Of a DNA stretch of 61,029 nt, positions 9,002 to 18,260 are shown piece by piece. A model generated the notes under the pieces. The model saw only the letters and a program-made list of their open reading frames with translations. It had not been told where the DNA came from and did not search any database. The first letter of the stretch is position 1. Each line of letters opens with the position of its first letter. Origin of the DNA: an uncultured Planctomycetaceae bacterium (GTDB taxonomy: Bacteria; Planctomycetota; Phycisphaerae; SM23-33); the NCBI GenBank assembly GCA_964625865.1, contig CAZVEV010000002.1:1-61029 (forward strand), in the 5' to 3' direction. Position numbers and translations under genes: made by a program.

Positions 9002-10083
9002 CGCCTGCCCTCCGCGTCGGCGATGGCCAGGTCCAAGAGTTCTTCCGCGGCGGGCAGGACCATTTCCGGCGTCATGCCGGACATGCAGCGGTGGTACAGC
9101 GGTCCGGGCGGCTGGGTGCAGAGCTTCTGCTGGCAGGGCGAGCAGGGCACGTCGAGGCGGATGATGCGTTCGCGCGGGTAATCGATCTCGGCCCAGGCCG
9201 GGTCCGTGCTGCCGAACAGCGTCACCACGCCGGTCCCCAGCGCCGCGCCGATATGCCGCGTGCCCGTGTCGTTGGTCACCAGCACGGCGCAGCGGCGGAG
9301 CAGGGCCTTGAGCATGCCGATCGTGTTATCGTAGTGGCCGAAGTTCAGCAGGGCCGGGCGGGTCATGTCGTCCTCGACGGCCAGCGCGATCGCCCGCTCG
9401 CTGGGGGCGGCGTTGATGATGATCTGGGCGCCGCGCCGTTCGATGAGCATGTCGGCCAGCCCCGCATACTGCGCCGGGTCCCACATCTTGGACACGCCGA
9501 ACGATGCGCCCGGATTGAGCATGACCAGGGGGCGAGCGGCGTCAGCCCCGGCGGCGACGAGCAGTTCATCGGCCTCCCGGGCGTCCTCGGGCGACACGCG
9601 CAGGTGCATCTCGCGGCTGTCCGGCGCCGCGTCCAGCAGGGCTACCAGGTTGATGTAGTAGTCGATCGCGGAGATCGGCGTCAGGCGCCCGTCGTCATCG
9701 CGAGGCGGGTCCAGGGCGTCGGTGAGCATCCAGCCGCGCCCGTCGCGGTTGTAGCCGACCAGGCGGGAGATGCCCGCCATCTTCGCCACGAACGCCGAAC
9801 GGAAACTGTTGGGCAGGATCACCGCGATATCGTGCCGGCCCGCCCGCAGCAGGCCCGTCATGCCGATCATCCCGCTGACCATGGGCCCGGACCGCGACGG
9901 GTCGGCGATGCCGTTCTCCGCGATCGGCAGGGCCGCCAGCGTATCCAGCGCCACCGGCTTGCCCACCAGCGTGATCGGACTGTGATCAAAACGGCTGCGC
10001 AGGGCGCGCAGGGCGGGGGTGGCCATCACCACGTCGCCTACCCAGTTGGGCAGGACCACCACGATGTTCGGCGGAGCGGGCAT
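8998..10083 (-). CDS. glycosyltransferase family 9 (LPS heptosyltransferase-like)
   Basis: N-terminus MPAPPNIVVVLPNWVGDVVMATPALRALR is typical of GT9, with a C-terminal TNDTGTRHIGAALG motif. An alternative start exists at 10119. Confidence 0.8.
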   Translation of the reverse strand: MPAPPNIVVVLPNWVGDVVMATPALRALRSRFDHSPITLVGKPVALDTLAALPIAENGIADPSRSGPMVSGMIGMTGLLRAGRHDIAVILPNSFRSAFVAKMAGISRLVGYNRDGRGWMLTDALDPPRDDDGRLTPISAIDYYINLVALLDAAPDSREMHLRVSPEDAREADELLVAAGADAARPLVMLNPGASFGVSKMWDPAQYAGLADMLIERRGAQIIINAAPSERAIALAVEDDMTRPALLNFGHYDNTIGMLKALLRRCAVLVTNDTGTRHIGAALGTGVVTLFGSTDPAWAEIDYPRERIIRLDVPCSPCQQKLCTQPPGPLYHRCMSGMTPEMVLPAAEELLDLAIADAEGRR

Positions 10084-10124
10084 GGGCGCATTGTAACGGT
10101 GGAGCGTAAAGAACACCATGGCGT

Positions 10125-10244
10125 CAAACGCCCACGGGCTCCGCCCGTGGGGTTCTGGCGAATGAAGCGCGCGGTGTGGCGTGCATGATGGAAAGACAGA
10201 GTCATCGTTGTCGATACCCCACGGGACGGTGCCCGTAGGCGTTT
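10125..10244. repeat. family E inverted hairpin pair (AAACGCCCACGGGCTCCGCCCGTGGGG)
   Basis: Arms at 10125-10151 and 10217-10244 are reverse complements of each other. Each arm is itself a hairpin (CCCACGGG/CCCGTGGG). Confidence 0.7.
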
Positions 10245-10270
10245 GCCTGTTTCGCGCCGGAAGGGGGCGT

Positions 10271-11131
10271 CTACTTCTCGATGCCCCTGGCGGCCAGGTC
10301 CGACCAGTCGCGGCGGCGCGTGACGGTCAGCCCGTCGGCGTCGGCGGGGCCGACGACGACGGGCGTGATGCCCGCGCGGGCCAGTTCGCGTGCGGCCGCT
10401 GACGTGGTGCAGATCCCGCGGGCCAGGCCCGGGAACAGGGCCTTGAGGTATCGCAGGTGCATCACCAGTCGCGACTCGCGCACGAACTGGGGCAGGCGCA
10501 GAGGCCCGGTGCGGACGAAATGGAGGGTGCTGCGTCGCCACGTGAAGACCGGCCCGTCGGGATAGCCCGCCCGGGCGATCTTCGCACGCACGGCGGCCTT
10601 GTCGCCCACGTCGTCCCGCGTGAGGTACACCACACGGGATGTCTTGGCGATCGCATCCAGGGCGGTCTTGGCGGCAACGGAGCCCATCTCGTCGGCCGGC
10701 GGCAGGGCGTCGACGTCCACCGCCGTCAGCGCCGCATCGCGCGGCCAGACGTACACGGGCGTGGCGGCATGGGCTTCGTCGCCCTCATCGTCCTGGAGCG
10801 AGACGTTCAGCACGTACGTGCCTTCGGTTTCCGGCACGGGGACAGCCGTCCCCGCATACCCCTTGTCGGTCAGCAGGCCGGTGAAGCCCAACTCGTCGGT
10901 GTAGGCGCCGACCTCGAGCAGATCGCCCACCTGGAACCGCATCGGGGCGTCCTCGACGGACATCCTGAGCGAGGCAAACTCGTACCGCTGGAGGCGTATC
11001 ACGACGTTCGCGGTCTCGCCGACCGGCGCGACCATGTCCGGGACGGTCAGGATATACTCCCCCCCGCACCCGCACAGGGCCGCCGCGCACGCCACCACCA
11101 GCGCCAACGACAGATTCTCTCGTTTCATCAT
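10271..11131 (-). CDS. hypothetical lipoprotein
   Basis: ORF trimmed to MMKRENLSLALVVACAAALCGC, a lipobox-like N-terminus. No recognisable catalytic motif. Confidence 0.55.
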   Translation of the reverse strand: MMKRENLSLALVVACAAALCGCGGEYILTVPDMVAPVGETANVVIRLQRYEFASLRMSVEDAPMRFQVGDLLEVGAYTDELGFTGLLTDKGYAGTAVPVPETEGTYVLNVSLQDDEGDEAHAATPVYVWPRDAALTAVDVDALPPADEMGSVAAKTALDAIAKTSRVVYLTRDDVGDKAAVRAKIARAGYPDGPVFTWRRSTLHFVRTGPLRLPQFVRESRLVMHLRYLKALFPGLARGICTTSAAARELARAGITPVVVGPADADGLTVTRRRDWSDLAARGIEK

Positions 11132-11200
11132 CACAGTGCCCCCATTAGGCCCGACGCGCCGGGCTTTGTCAATCCGTAGCGGTATTCGCCCAGCCAGACC

Positions 11201-11310
11201 CCCTGGCACGCACGAGGCCGCGGCCTAAGCGACGATCTCCCGGCCGAGGGGGTAAAGGGTGTTTTCGCCAGCGGCACGCGTCTACGGGGCGGCCTGACGC
11301 CCTGGCCCGT
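11201..11310. repeat. family H ~110-bp repeat (copy 1)
   Basis: CAGCCAGACCCCCTGGCA...GGCCTAAGCGACGATCTCCCGGCCGAGGGGG...CTACGGGGCGGC matches 30143-30262 closely. Confidence 0.7.
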
Positions 11311-11339
11311 CCCCCGGCCAGATTTTTTGGGAATTTCTC

Positions 11340-11367
11340 TGGACAGACCCCCCAGATCCTGTAGTAT
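11340..11367 (+). promoter_or_regulatory. possible sigma70-type promoter for the LamG/PEP-CTERM gene
   Basis: TGGACA-N16-TAGTAT in an AT-richer stretch, roughly 170 nt upstream of the ATG at 11535. Confidence 0.25.
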
Positions 11368-11534
11368 TCATAATTGGGTCAGTGGATGTCGCTGACAAGA
11401 GCCATGAGGAGGCGAGGTCACGTGGAAATCGGATCTCTCGCCTGGACAGTTATGAGAGCAGAATCGATGCCCATTTTCGCCCCAGCGTAGGCGTGAGCGT
11501 GGGCAGAGCAGCGGAGCAACACAGGAGCTTATTG

Positions 11535-12338
11535 ATGGACATCCAGCGATTTCGAACAGGCGTGCTATTGGGCGTATTGTGCGCTGCCTTGTGCGCGCCC
11601 TCGACCGCACAGGCGGGCGTGATATCGCACTACGCGTTTGATGGCGACTACACTGATTCAGCAGGCGTGAATCACGGGACATTGGTTGACGGTGCCCCCG
11701 CCGCCGACAGCGGGATCGTGACGACGGTTGGCGCGTACAAGTTCGGCACGGGCGGCCTGACCCTTTCGGGCGGTGCCGGCGATTACGTGTCTCTGGCGAC
11801 GCAGAAGACGTTCAGTACGGGCGAGGCCTTCTCCGTCGCGTTCTGGGCTCGGCGGACCGATAGCGGCCAGGATTGGGACATGGTCATTGGGGACCGGAAT
11901 GACAATGTGAACTTTATCGCCATGACGAGCAACAATGGCCAGATCCAAGGCGGTGGGCTGCGTCTCCGCGGCCACACCCCGAGTAGCTCGGGCAGAGATG
12001 TGGATGGGAAGTTCGGACAGGATTCCTCATGGCACCACTACGCCGTCAGCGTAACCACGGGTAATGTGGCTACGTTGTATGCCGATGGCGGTGTTCTAAC
12101 ATTGGAAGGCAACAGCACACCGAGCGGGACGTTCACCTACGACACGATTGGTGACGCCTACAGCAACAATGGCTTTGAAATGTACGGCCAGATTGACGAG
12201 GTGTGGATCTTCGACGAAGCCATTGACCAGGCAATCGTCACAAGCCTGATGAACAGCAACGTCGTCCCCGAACCGATGACGGTGAGCCTGCTCGTCTTTG
12301 GCGGAATCGCGATGCTCCGCCGCAGGAAGAACGGCTAA
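11535..12338 (+). CDS. LamG (concanavalin-A-like) domain protein with PEP-CTERM anchor
   Basis: The ATG at 11535 is preceded by AGGAG, followed by a signal peptide. LamG-type motifs (HYAFDG, WHHYAV, LYADG, IDEVWIFDEA). C-terminal VPEP + TM + RRRK. Confidence 0.75.
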   Translation: MDIQRFRTGVLLGVLCAALCAPSTAQAGVISHYAFDGDYTDSAGVNHGTLVDGAPAADSGIVTTVGAYKFGTGGLTLSGGAGDYVSLATQKTFSTGEAFSVAFWARRTDSGQDWDMVIGDRNDNVNFIAMTSNNGQIQGGGLRLRGHTPSSSGRDVDGKFGQDSSWHHYAVSVTTGNVATLYADGGVLTLEGNSTPSGTFTYDTIGDAYSNNGFEMYGQIDEVWIFDEAIDQAIVTSLMNSNVVPEPMTVSLLVFGGIAMLRRRKNG

Positions 12339-12478
12339 TTCACTGAGCCATGCAGTGTGACCCTACCCGCCGGAGAGCTTCCGGCGGGCAGGAGTCACGC
12401 GACAAGCGGAGTTCCCCACGCCTGGCTGGCCCGGCAGGCCCTTCGATATCGAGAGGGATCAGAACAGAGGTACGTCTA

Positions 12479-13366
12479 ATGAAGAACCGAATTGCCTTGA
12501 TGACGATGGCGGCCCTGCTGACCGGCACGACCCACGCGGGTGTCGTCCAGGTCTACCTTCAGGGCGGACAGTCCAACGCCGACGGCCGTGCCGCCACCAG
12601 CGGCCTGCCGACGTCGCCGACGAATCTGCAGCAACCCCAGGCCGACGTTGCGTTCTTCTTCCACACACAGGGAAGCGCCCACGCCTTGGACAGCACGCTG
12701 ACGACGCTGCGCCCGGGCATGAGTGAGACCAGCGCCTTCGGCCCGGAGATCACCTTCGGCCGCGACATGGCGGACTACTACAGCGGCGCCCCGACCGTTG
12801 CCGTCGCGATTATCAAGTACGCCAACGGCGGAACCAATCTCCACACGCAGTGGGCCGCCGGAGGAGACGCCACCACCACCGGCGACGGCAGCGAGTACGT
12901 CATATTCCAGAACACCGTTGCTTCAGGCCTGGCCGCGATCAGTGCGGCCAACCCCGGCGATACCGTTCAGGTCATGGGTATGATCTGGCACCAGGGCGAA
13001 TCGGACGCCGGCAGCGCTGCTACCGCCTCGGCCTACCAGGCGAACCTGACCGGTTTCATCGCCGACGTGCGGGCCACGTATGGCGCGGCCCTGCCGTTTG
13101 TTATCGGTGAGATTGCCGACAACGGCGGGAACTACACGACCATACGTGCCGCGCAGGCCGCCGTCGCATCGGCCGATCCGCTGACCGGGTTTGTGGATGT
13201 GGACACCTTTGACATGAAGGATGCCCTGCACTTCAACGCCGCCGGGCAGATGGACCTTGGCTCGGGCTTTGCCACCGAGATGCAGGCGGTTCCCGAACCG
13301 GGCACGCTGGGGCTTGTTGCCCTGGTTGGCCTCGGCACGCTGGTCCGCCGCCGTCGGCGGGGCTAG
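12479..13366 (+). CDS. sialate O-acetylesterase-like (SASA/SGNH) protein with PEP-CTERM anchor
   Basis: Trimmed to MKNRIALMTMAALLTGTTHA. Contains GQSNADGR and IWHQGESD motifs. C-terminal VPEPGTLGLVALVGLGTLVRRRRRG. Confidence 0.7.
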   Translation: MKNRIALMTMAALLTGTTHAGVVQVYLQGGQSNADGRAATSGLPTSPTNLQQPQADVAFFFHTQGSAHALDSTLTTLRPGMSETSAFGPEITFGRDMADYYSGAPTVAVAIIKYANGGTNLHTQWAAGGDATTTGDGSEYVIFQNTVASGLAAISAANPGDTVQVMGMIWHQGESDAGSAATASAYQANLTGFIADVRATYGAALPFVIGEIADNGGNYTTIRAAQAAVASADPLTGFVDVDTFDMKDALHFNAAGQMDLGSGFATEMQAVPEPGTLGLVALVGLGTLVRRRRRG

Positions 13367-13636
13367 TTCACCTGCGGGGGGGGCAGGGGTCAGAGGACGA
13401 CCGTTGCGCGTGCAACATTCTCATGTTCTGCAGAACGTCGGAATGTCACCGACCACTGACCGGCGGGCTCCCGGCCGTCGAGGGGCTGTCTGGCGCGTGT
13501 GATGCCACGTCCGAAAGCTTCACCGTTGGTGGGGGCTTGGCCGATAAGTCATATCAGCGACCCCGCGCGCGGGGGCCGGGACGGTCCGGTCCGCGACGGC
13601 GAGCGGGAGTGGTCTGACCTGAGATTGGGAGCACCG

Positions 13637-14392
13637 ATGGCCAAAGCGAAAGCCATGCAGGAAGACACGTGGCGCGTCTTCCGCATCATGAGCGAGTTCG
13701 TCGACGGATTTGAGACGATGAGCCGGATCGGCCCGGCGGTGAGCATTTTCGGCTCGGCCCGCACGCCGCGGTCCGACACGTATTACCACAAGGCCCGCAA
13801 GCTCGCGGCCATGCTCGCTGAAGACGGGCTGGCGATTATCACCGGCGGCGGGCCCGGCATCATGGAGGCGGCCAACCGCGGGGCACACGACGTGGGCGGC
13901 ACGAGCGTGGGCCTGAACATCACTCTGCCCCACGAGCAGATGGCCAACCCCTACGCCGAACACCAGATCGACTTCCGCTACTTCTTCGCTCGCCTGGTAA
14001 TGTTCGTCAAGTACGCCAACGCGTTCGTCTGCTTCCCGGGCGGGTTCGGCACGCTGCATGAGTTCTTCAATTCGATGACGCTGATCCAGACGGGCAAGGC
14101 CGAGCAGTTCCCCGTCATCCTGATCGGGCGGAGCTACTGGCGCGGCCTGCTCGAGTGGATGCACCGCACGCTCCTGCCGTCGCGCGGGTATGACAAGATC
14201 GATCCCGAGGACGAGGACCTGTTCACCGTAACCGACAGCCTGGCCGAGACGGTCCGTATCATCCGCGCCGCCCGTGAGGATCGCGCCCGCCGCGAGGCGC
14301 GCGAACCGGTGGCGGCCCACAGGCCCACCGGCGAGGGCACGGTCGAGGGCAAGCCCCCCAGGACGTACCGCCGGAAGAACGGCATCCACTGA
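13637..14392 (+). CDS. LOG family / TIGR00730 Rossmann-fold nucleotide-binding protein
   Basis: ITGGGPGIMEAANRGA and PGGFGTLHEF motifs. Start trimmed to MAKAKAMQEDTW. Confidence 0.85.
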   Translation: MAKAKAMQEDTWRVFRIMSEFVDGFETMSRIGPAVSIFGSARTPRSDTYYHKARKLAAMLAEDGLAIITGGGPGIMEAANRGAHDVGGTSVGLNITLPHEQMANPYAEHQIDFRYFFARLVMFVKYANAFVCFPGGFGTLHEFFNSMTLIQTGKAEQFPVILIGRSYWRGLLEWMHRTLLPSRGYDKIDPEDEDLFTVTDSLAETVRIIRAAREDRARREAREPVAAHRPTGEGTVEGKPPRTYRRKNGIH

Positions 14393-14444
14393 GCGGAGAT
14401 GTGATGTGGGGTGGCACGTTCCTTCCTGGCGGATGTCCACAACG

Positions 14445-14640
14445 ACAGAAAGAGGACGGGGATTACACGGATTAAGGGATTCGGGGGATTCAAGATGCGA
14501 GGTCGTTCAGGTTTGACTATGCGCAGCGTGAATCACACAGAACGCGGCGAGCAAGCTCGCCCGCTAGACATGGAACACACGCCGACATCTCAATCCCTCT
14601 AATCCCTTACTCCGTGTAATCCCCGTCCTCCGTCTGTTCT
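14445..14640. repeat. MITE-like element with ~45-bp imperfect terminal inverted repeats (family K)
   Basis: The left arm ACAGAAAGAGGACGGGGATTACACGGATTAAGGGATT matches the reverse complement of 14591-14640. A central palindrome GGCGAGCAAGCTCGCC is present. Confidence 0.65.
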
Positions 14641-14793
14641 CGTGGGCGTTTGGCGCCTCGCCAGAGAATCAGGTCGCATGCTGATCCGTCGCGAAATGGA
14701 TTGGCGTTTGCCCCTGACAGGTCCGCCCGATACAATGCCGCCCGGCGGCCGCCCGGCGGTCGCTCATCGGAAACCCCCAACGGACACCGAATC

Positions 14794-17664
14794 ATGATCC
14801 ATCGCGTTGAGATTCGATCGAAAGACGGCTTCGGCGACCCGCATGCCGAAGGCGTATTCGCGCACATCAAGGAACTCGGCATCGACGAAGTGACTGCTGT
14901 TACGTCGGCAAGGCTGTTCTTCCTGATCGGCGAGCTGACCGCGGATGATGCGACCCGCGTCGGTGAGCAACTGCTTGTCGACCCGGTCGTCGAGGACCTG
15001 GTTCCCGGCTCGTCGTCCGACGGGCCGGGCGTTATCGAGGTCCACCTCAAGCCGGGCGTGATGGACCCGGTCGCCGCGTCGGCTGAACAGGCCATCCGCG
15101 ACATGGGCATCAGCATTGATGCGGTCCGGACGGCCAGGCGGTACGAGCTGGCCGGCGAGTTCAGCGACGAGGTCCGCCAGACCATCGCCTCGCGCCTGCT
15201 GGCCAACACCACCATCGAGCACGTCCACACCGAGGCCTACACGCCGCCGGAGTCGCACGAGGATGCCTACGAACTGGTCATCACCGACGTGCCCATCCGC
15301 GACCTGGACGACGCCGGCCTGCAGAAGCTCAGCACCGACGGCGACCTGTTCCTGAACGTTACGGAGATGAAGGGCATCCAGGAGTACTTCCGCCGCGTCG
15401 GCCGCGAGCCGCGGGACGTCGAGCTGGAGATGATCGCCCAGACCTGGTCCGAGCACTGCGTCCACAAGACGTTCCGCTCGGACGTGACGGTCCGCAACAA
15501 CGCGGGCGAGGTCGTCGAGGAGATCCCGAACCTGATCAAGTCGACGGTCTTCGGCGTGACGGCCGAGCTGGACAAGCCGTGGTGCCTCAGCGTCTTCGAG
15601 GACAACGCGGGGGTGATCGAGTTCGACGAGACCCACGCGGTGTGCTTCAAGGTCGAGACGCACAACCACCCGTCGGCTATCGACCCGTACGGCGGGGCGG
15701 CGACGGGCATCGGCGGGGTCGTTCGCGACCCGATGGGCACGGGCCTCGGCGCCGAGCCGGTGGCCAACACGGACATCTTCTGTTTCGGCATGCCCGAGAT
15801 GCCGCTGGCGGAGGTGCCCAAGGGCGTGATGCACCCGCGCCGGATCATGCGCGGCGTGGTGGGCGGCGTGCGGGACTACGGCAACCGGATGGGCATCCCG
15901 ACGGTCAACGGCGCGGTCTACTTCGACGACCGGTATTTGGGCAATCCGCTGGTGTACTGCGGCACGGTGGGCCTGCTGCCGATCGACAAGTGTCGCAAGC
16001 GCCAGCCCGGCGCCGGCGACGCGATTATCTGCGTCGGCGGGCGGACGGGGCGGGACGGCATTCACGGGGCGACGTTCTCCAGCGGCGAGTTGACGCACGA
16101 GCACGAGACCGAGTTCTCGCACGCGGTGCAGATCGGTAACGCGATTACCGAGAAGAAGATGCTCGATACGATTGTCCAGGCCCGCGAGATGGGGCTCTAC
16201 TCGTGCATTACCGACTGCGGGGCCGGCGGGCTGAGCAGTTCGGTCGGCGAGATGGGCGAGAACATCGGCGCCGAGGTGCACCTCGACCGCGTGCCCCTGA
16301 AGTACGCCGGGCTGACCTACGCGGAGATCTGGATCTCCGAGGCCCAGGAGCGAATGACGCTGGCCGTGCCGCAGGAGAACGTCGAGCGGATCCTGAAGGT
16401 CTTCTCCGACGAGGGCGTCGAGGCGACGGTGATAGGGCACTTCGGCACGGAAGGGAAGATGCTCAACCTGTACTACAACGGGCAGATGGTGGGCGAACTG
16501 GAGATGGAGTTCCTCCACGACGGGTGTCCGCGCCCGACCAAGCAGGCCCTGTGGGACAACCCGCCGGCCCCCTCGCCTGCGACCCTGCGCAAGGACGATT
16601 ACACCGAGACGCTCCTGTCGATCCTGGCGGCCCCGAACGTCGCGAGCAAGGAGTGGATCATCCGCCAGTACGACCACGAGGTCCAGGGCGGCAGCGTAAT
16701 CAAGCCGCTGGTGGGCGTGGCCGAAGACGGCCCCGGCGATGCGGCGGTGGTCCGCCCCGTGCTGGACAGCCGCAAGGGCGTGGTGATCTCGTGCGGCATG
16801 AACCCGCACCTGGGCGACCTGGACCCGTACCAGAGCGCCCTGCACGCGGTGGACGAGGCCCTGCGGAACAGCGTGTCGGTCGGCGGGAACCTGGACCGGA
16901 CGGCTATCCTGGACAACTTCTGCTGGGGCAACTGCAACAAGCCCGACCGCATGGGCTCGTTCGTCCAGTCGGCCAAGGGGTGTCGCGACGCGGCGCGGGC
17001 CTACGGCACGCCGTTCGTCAGCGGCAAGGATTCGCTGAACAACGAGTTCCAGACCGACACGGGCGAGACGATCGCCATCCCGCCGACGCTGCTGATCTCC
17101 GCGATCAGCGTGATCGACGACGCGAACCGCTGTGTGACGGCCGACGCGAAGGACGCGGGCAACATCCTGTTGCTGCTGGGACGAACCGGCGGGCAGATGG
17201 GCGGGAGTCATTACCTGCTCGTCGAGGGCCTCGACAGCGGCAACGACGTGCCGCCGGTGGACCTGGCGGGCAACCTGGCGACGATGCAGGCGCTGCAGAA
17301 GGCGATCGAAGCCGGCACGGTCCGGGCGTGTCACGACCTGAGCGAAGGCGGCCTGGCCGTCGCGGCGGCGGAAATGGCATTTTCCGGTGGGCTCGGCGTG
17401 GAACTGAACCTCGACGCGGTCTGCACCGAAGGCGACGCGGGCGAGGTCGCGAGGCTGTTCGGCGAGTCGGCGGGGCGGTTCCTCGTGGAAGTGACGCCCG
17501 AGAAGTACGACGAGTTCCTGCGGATCGTCCGCGACTGCCCGTTCGGCGAGATCGGAGAGGTCACCGACACCGGCCGCGTGGTGATCACGTCCGAAGGGCG
17601 AACGGTCATTGACGCGGGGGCCGACGAGGCCAAGGCGGCGTGGCAGGGAACGTTCGACTGGTAG
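14794..17664 (+). CDS. purL: phosphoribosylformylglycinamidine synthase, fused PurS-PurS-PurL
   Basis: The PurL core runs from about residue 215 (WSEHCVHKTF, ETHNHPS, GGRTGRDGIHGATFSS). The N-terminal ~210 aa carry two PurS-like modules (IEVHLKPGVMDPVAASAEQAIRDMGI). Confidence 0.9.
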   Translation: MIHRVEIRSKDGFGDPHAEGVFAHIKELGIDEVTAVTSARLFFLIGELTADDATRVGEQLLVDPVVEDLVPGSSSDGPGVIEVHLKPGVMDPVAASAEQAIRDMGISIDAVRTARRYELAGEFSDEVRQTIASRLLANTTIEHVHTEAYTPPESHEDAYELVITDVPIRDLDDAGLQKLSTDGDLFLNVTEMKGIQEYFRRVGREPRDVELEMIAQTWSEHCVHKTFRSDVTVRNNAGEVVEEIPNLIKSTVFGVTAELDKPWCLSVFEDNAGVIEFDETHAVCFKVETHNHPSAIDPYGGAATGIGGVVRDPMGTGLGAEPVANTDIFCFGMPEMPLAEVPKGVMHPRRIMRGVVGGVRDYGNRMGIPTVNGAVYFDDRYLGNPLVYCGTVGLLPIDKCRKRQPGAGDAIICVGGRTGRDGIHGATFSSGELTHEHETEFSHAVQIGNAITEKKMLDTIVQAREMGLYSCITDCGAGGLSSSVGEMGENIGAEVHLDRVPLKYAGLTYAEIWISEAQERMTLAVPQENVERILKVFSDEGVEATVIGHFGTEGKMLNLYYNGQMVGELEMEFLHDGCPRPTKQALWDNPPAPSPATLRKDDYTETLLSILAAPNVASKEWIIRQYDHEVQGGSVIKPLVGVAEDGPGDAAVVRPVLDSRKGVVISCGMNPHLGDLDPYQSALHAVDEALRNSVSVGGNLDRTAILDNFCWGNCNKPDRMGSFVQSAKGCRDAARAYGTPFVSGKDSLNNEFQTDTGETIAIPPTLLISAISVIDDANRCVTADAKDAGNILLLLGRTGGQMGGSHYLLVEGLDSGNDVPPVDLAGNLATMQALQKAIEAGTVRACHDLSEGGLAVAAAEMAFSGGLGVELNLDAVCTEGDAGEVARLFGESAGRFLVEVTPEKYDEFLRIVRDCPFGEIGEVTDTGRVVITSEGRTVIDAGADEAKAAWQGTFDW

Positions 17665-17671
17665 GTGGTCC

Positions 17672-18154
17672 GTGGCCGACGAGAAGTGGACAATCCGATC
17701 GGCCGAGGCGGCCGACGCGGCGGCGGCGGGCGAGTTGTGGCAGGTACTGGCCGACGAGCACACCGCCTACGACGCTGAAGCGTGGTGCTATCACCCCGAC
17801 GCCCGGGGTCGGTGGGTCGAGGAGTTCAGGAGCTTCCTCGGCCAGCCGAACAAGGTGCTCCTGGTGGCCGAGGACGAGAGCGGCGAGGTGGTGGGCTTCA
17901 CCGTGGTTGCGGTGGAGGCCCCGCTGGTCGAGATGGCGCGGCGTCGCGGGGTCGTGCGCGAGGTGGTCGTGCGGAAGTCAGCACGTGGGCGCGGCGTGGC
18001 GACGGCGTTGATGGAAGCGGCGTTTGCGGCGATGAAGGCCCGCGGGGCCGAGGAAGTGGTCCTGCACGCGGCGCTGGACAACGCGGCGGCGGTCGGGCTG
18101 TACGAGAAGCTCCAAATGCGCCGCATCATGGTTCGGATGTATCGGAAACTGTAG
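17672..18154 (+). CDS. GNAT family N-acetyltransferase
   Basis: The acetyl-CoA binding region VVVRKSARGRGVATALMEAA is typical of GNAT. The start is taken at the GTG just after the purL stop. An alternative ATG at 17609 would overlap purL. Confidence 0.7.
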   Translation: MADEKWTIRSAEAADAAAAGELWQVLADEHTAYDAEAWCYHPDARGRWVEEFRSFLGQPNKVLLVAEDESGEVVGFTVVAVEAPLVEMARRRGVVREVVVRKSARGRGVATALMEAAFAAMKARGAEEVVLHAALDNAAAVGLYEKLQMRRIMVRMYRKL

Positions 18155-18165
18155 GTGATTGGATT

Positions 18166-18247
18166 GGTCAAAGGTCGAAAGTCGAAGGTCTAATGACGCG
18201 CCATGCGAGGCGTTTGACCTTTGACCTTGAACCTTCGACCTTAGACC
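18166..18247. repeat. family F repeat (TCGAAGGTCAAAGGTCGAAGG-type), inverted pair
   Basis: GGTCAAAGGTCGAAAGTCGAAGGTCTAA and its imperfect reverse complement TTTGACCTTTGACCTTGAACCTTCGACCTTAGACC. Confidence 0.65.
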
Positions 18248-18260
18248 AGAAGGAAGAGCG

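Noticed and set aside
14393-14793. A purine riboswitch or other leader RNA upstream of purSL, or a TPP riboswitch near thiL.
   Set aside because: I could not recognise the conserved purine or TPP riboswitch cores. The space is largely explained by the inverted-repeat element at 14445-14640.
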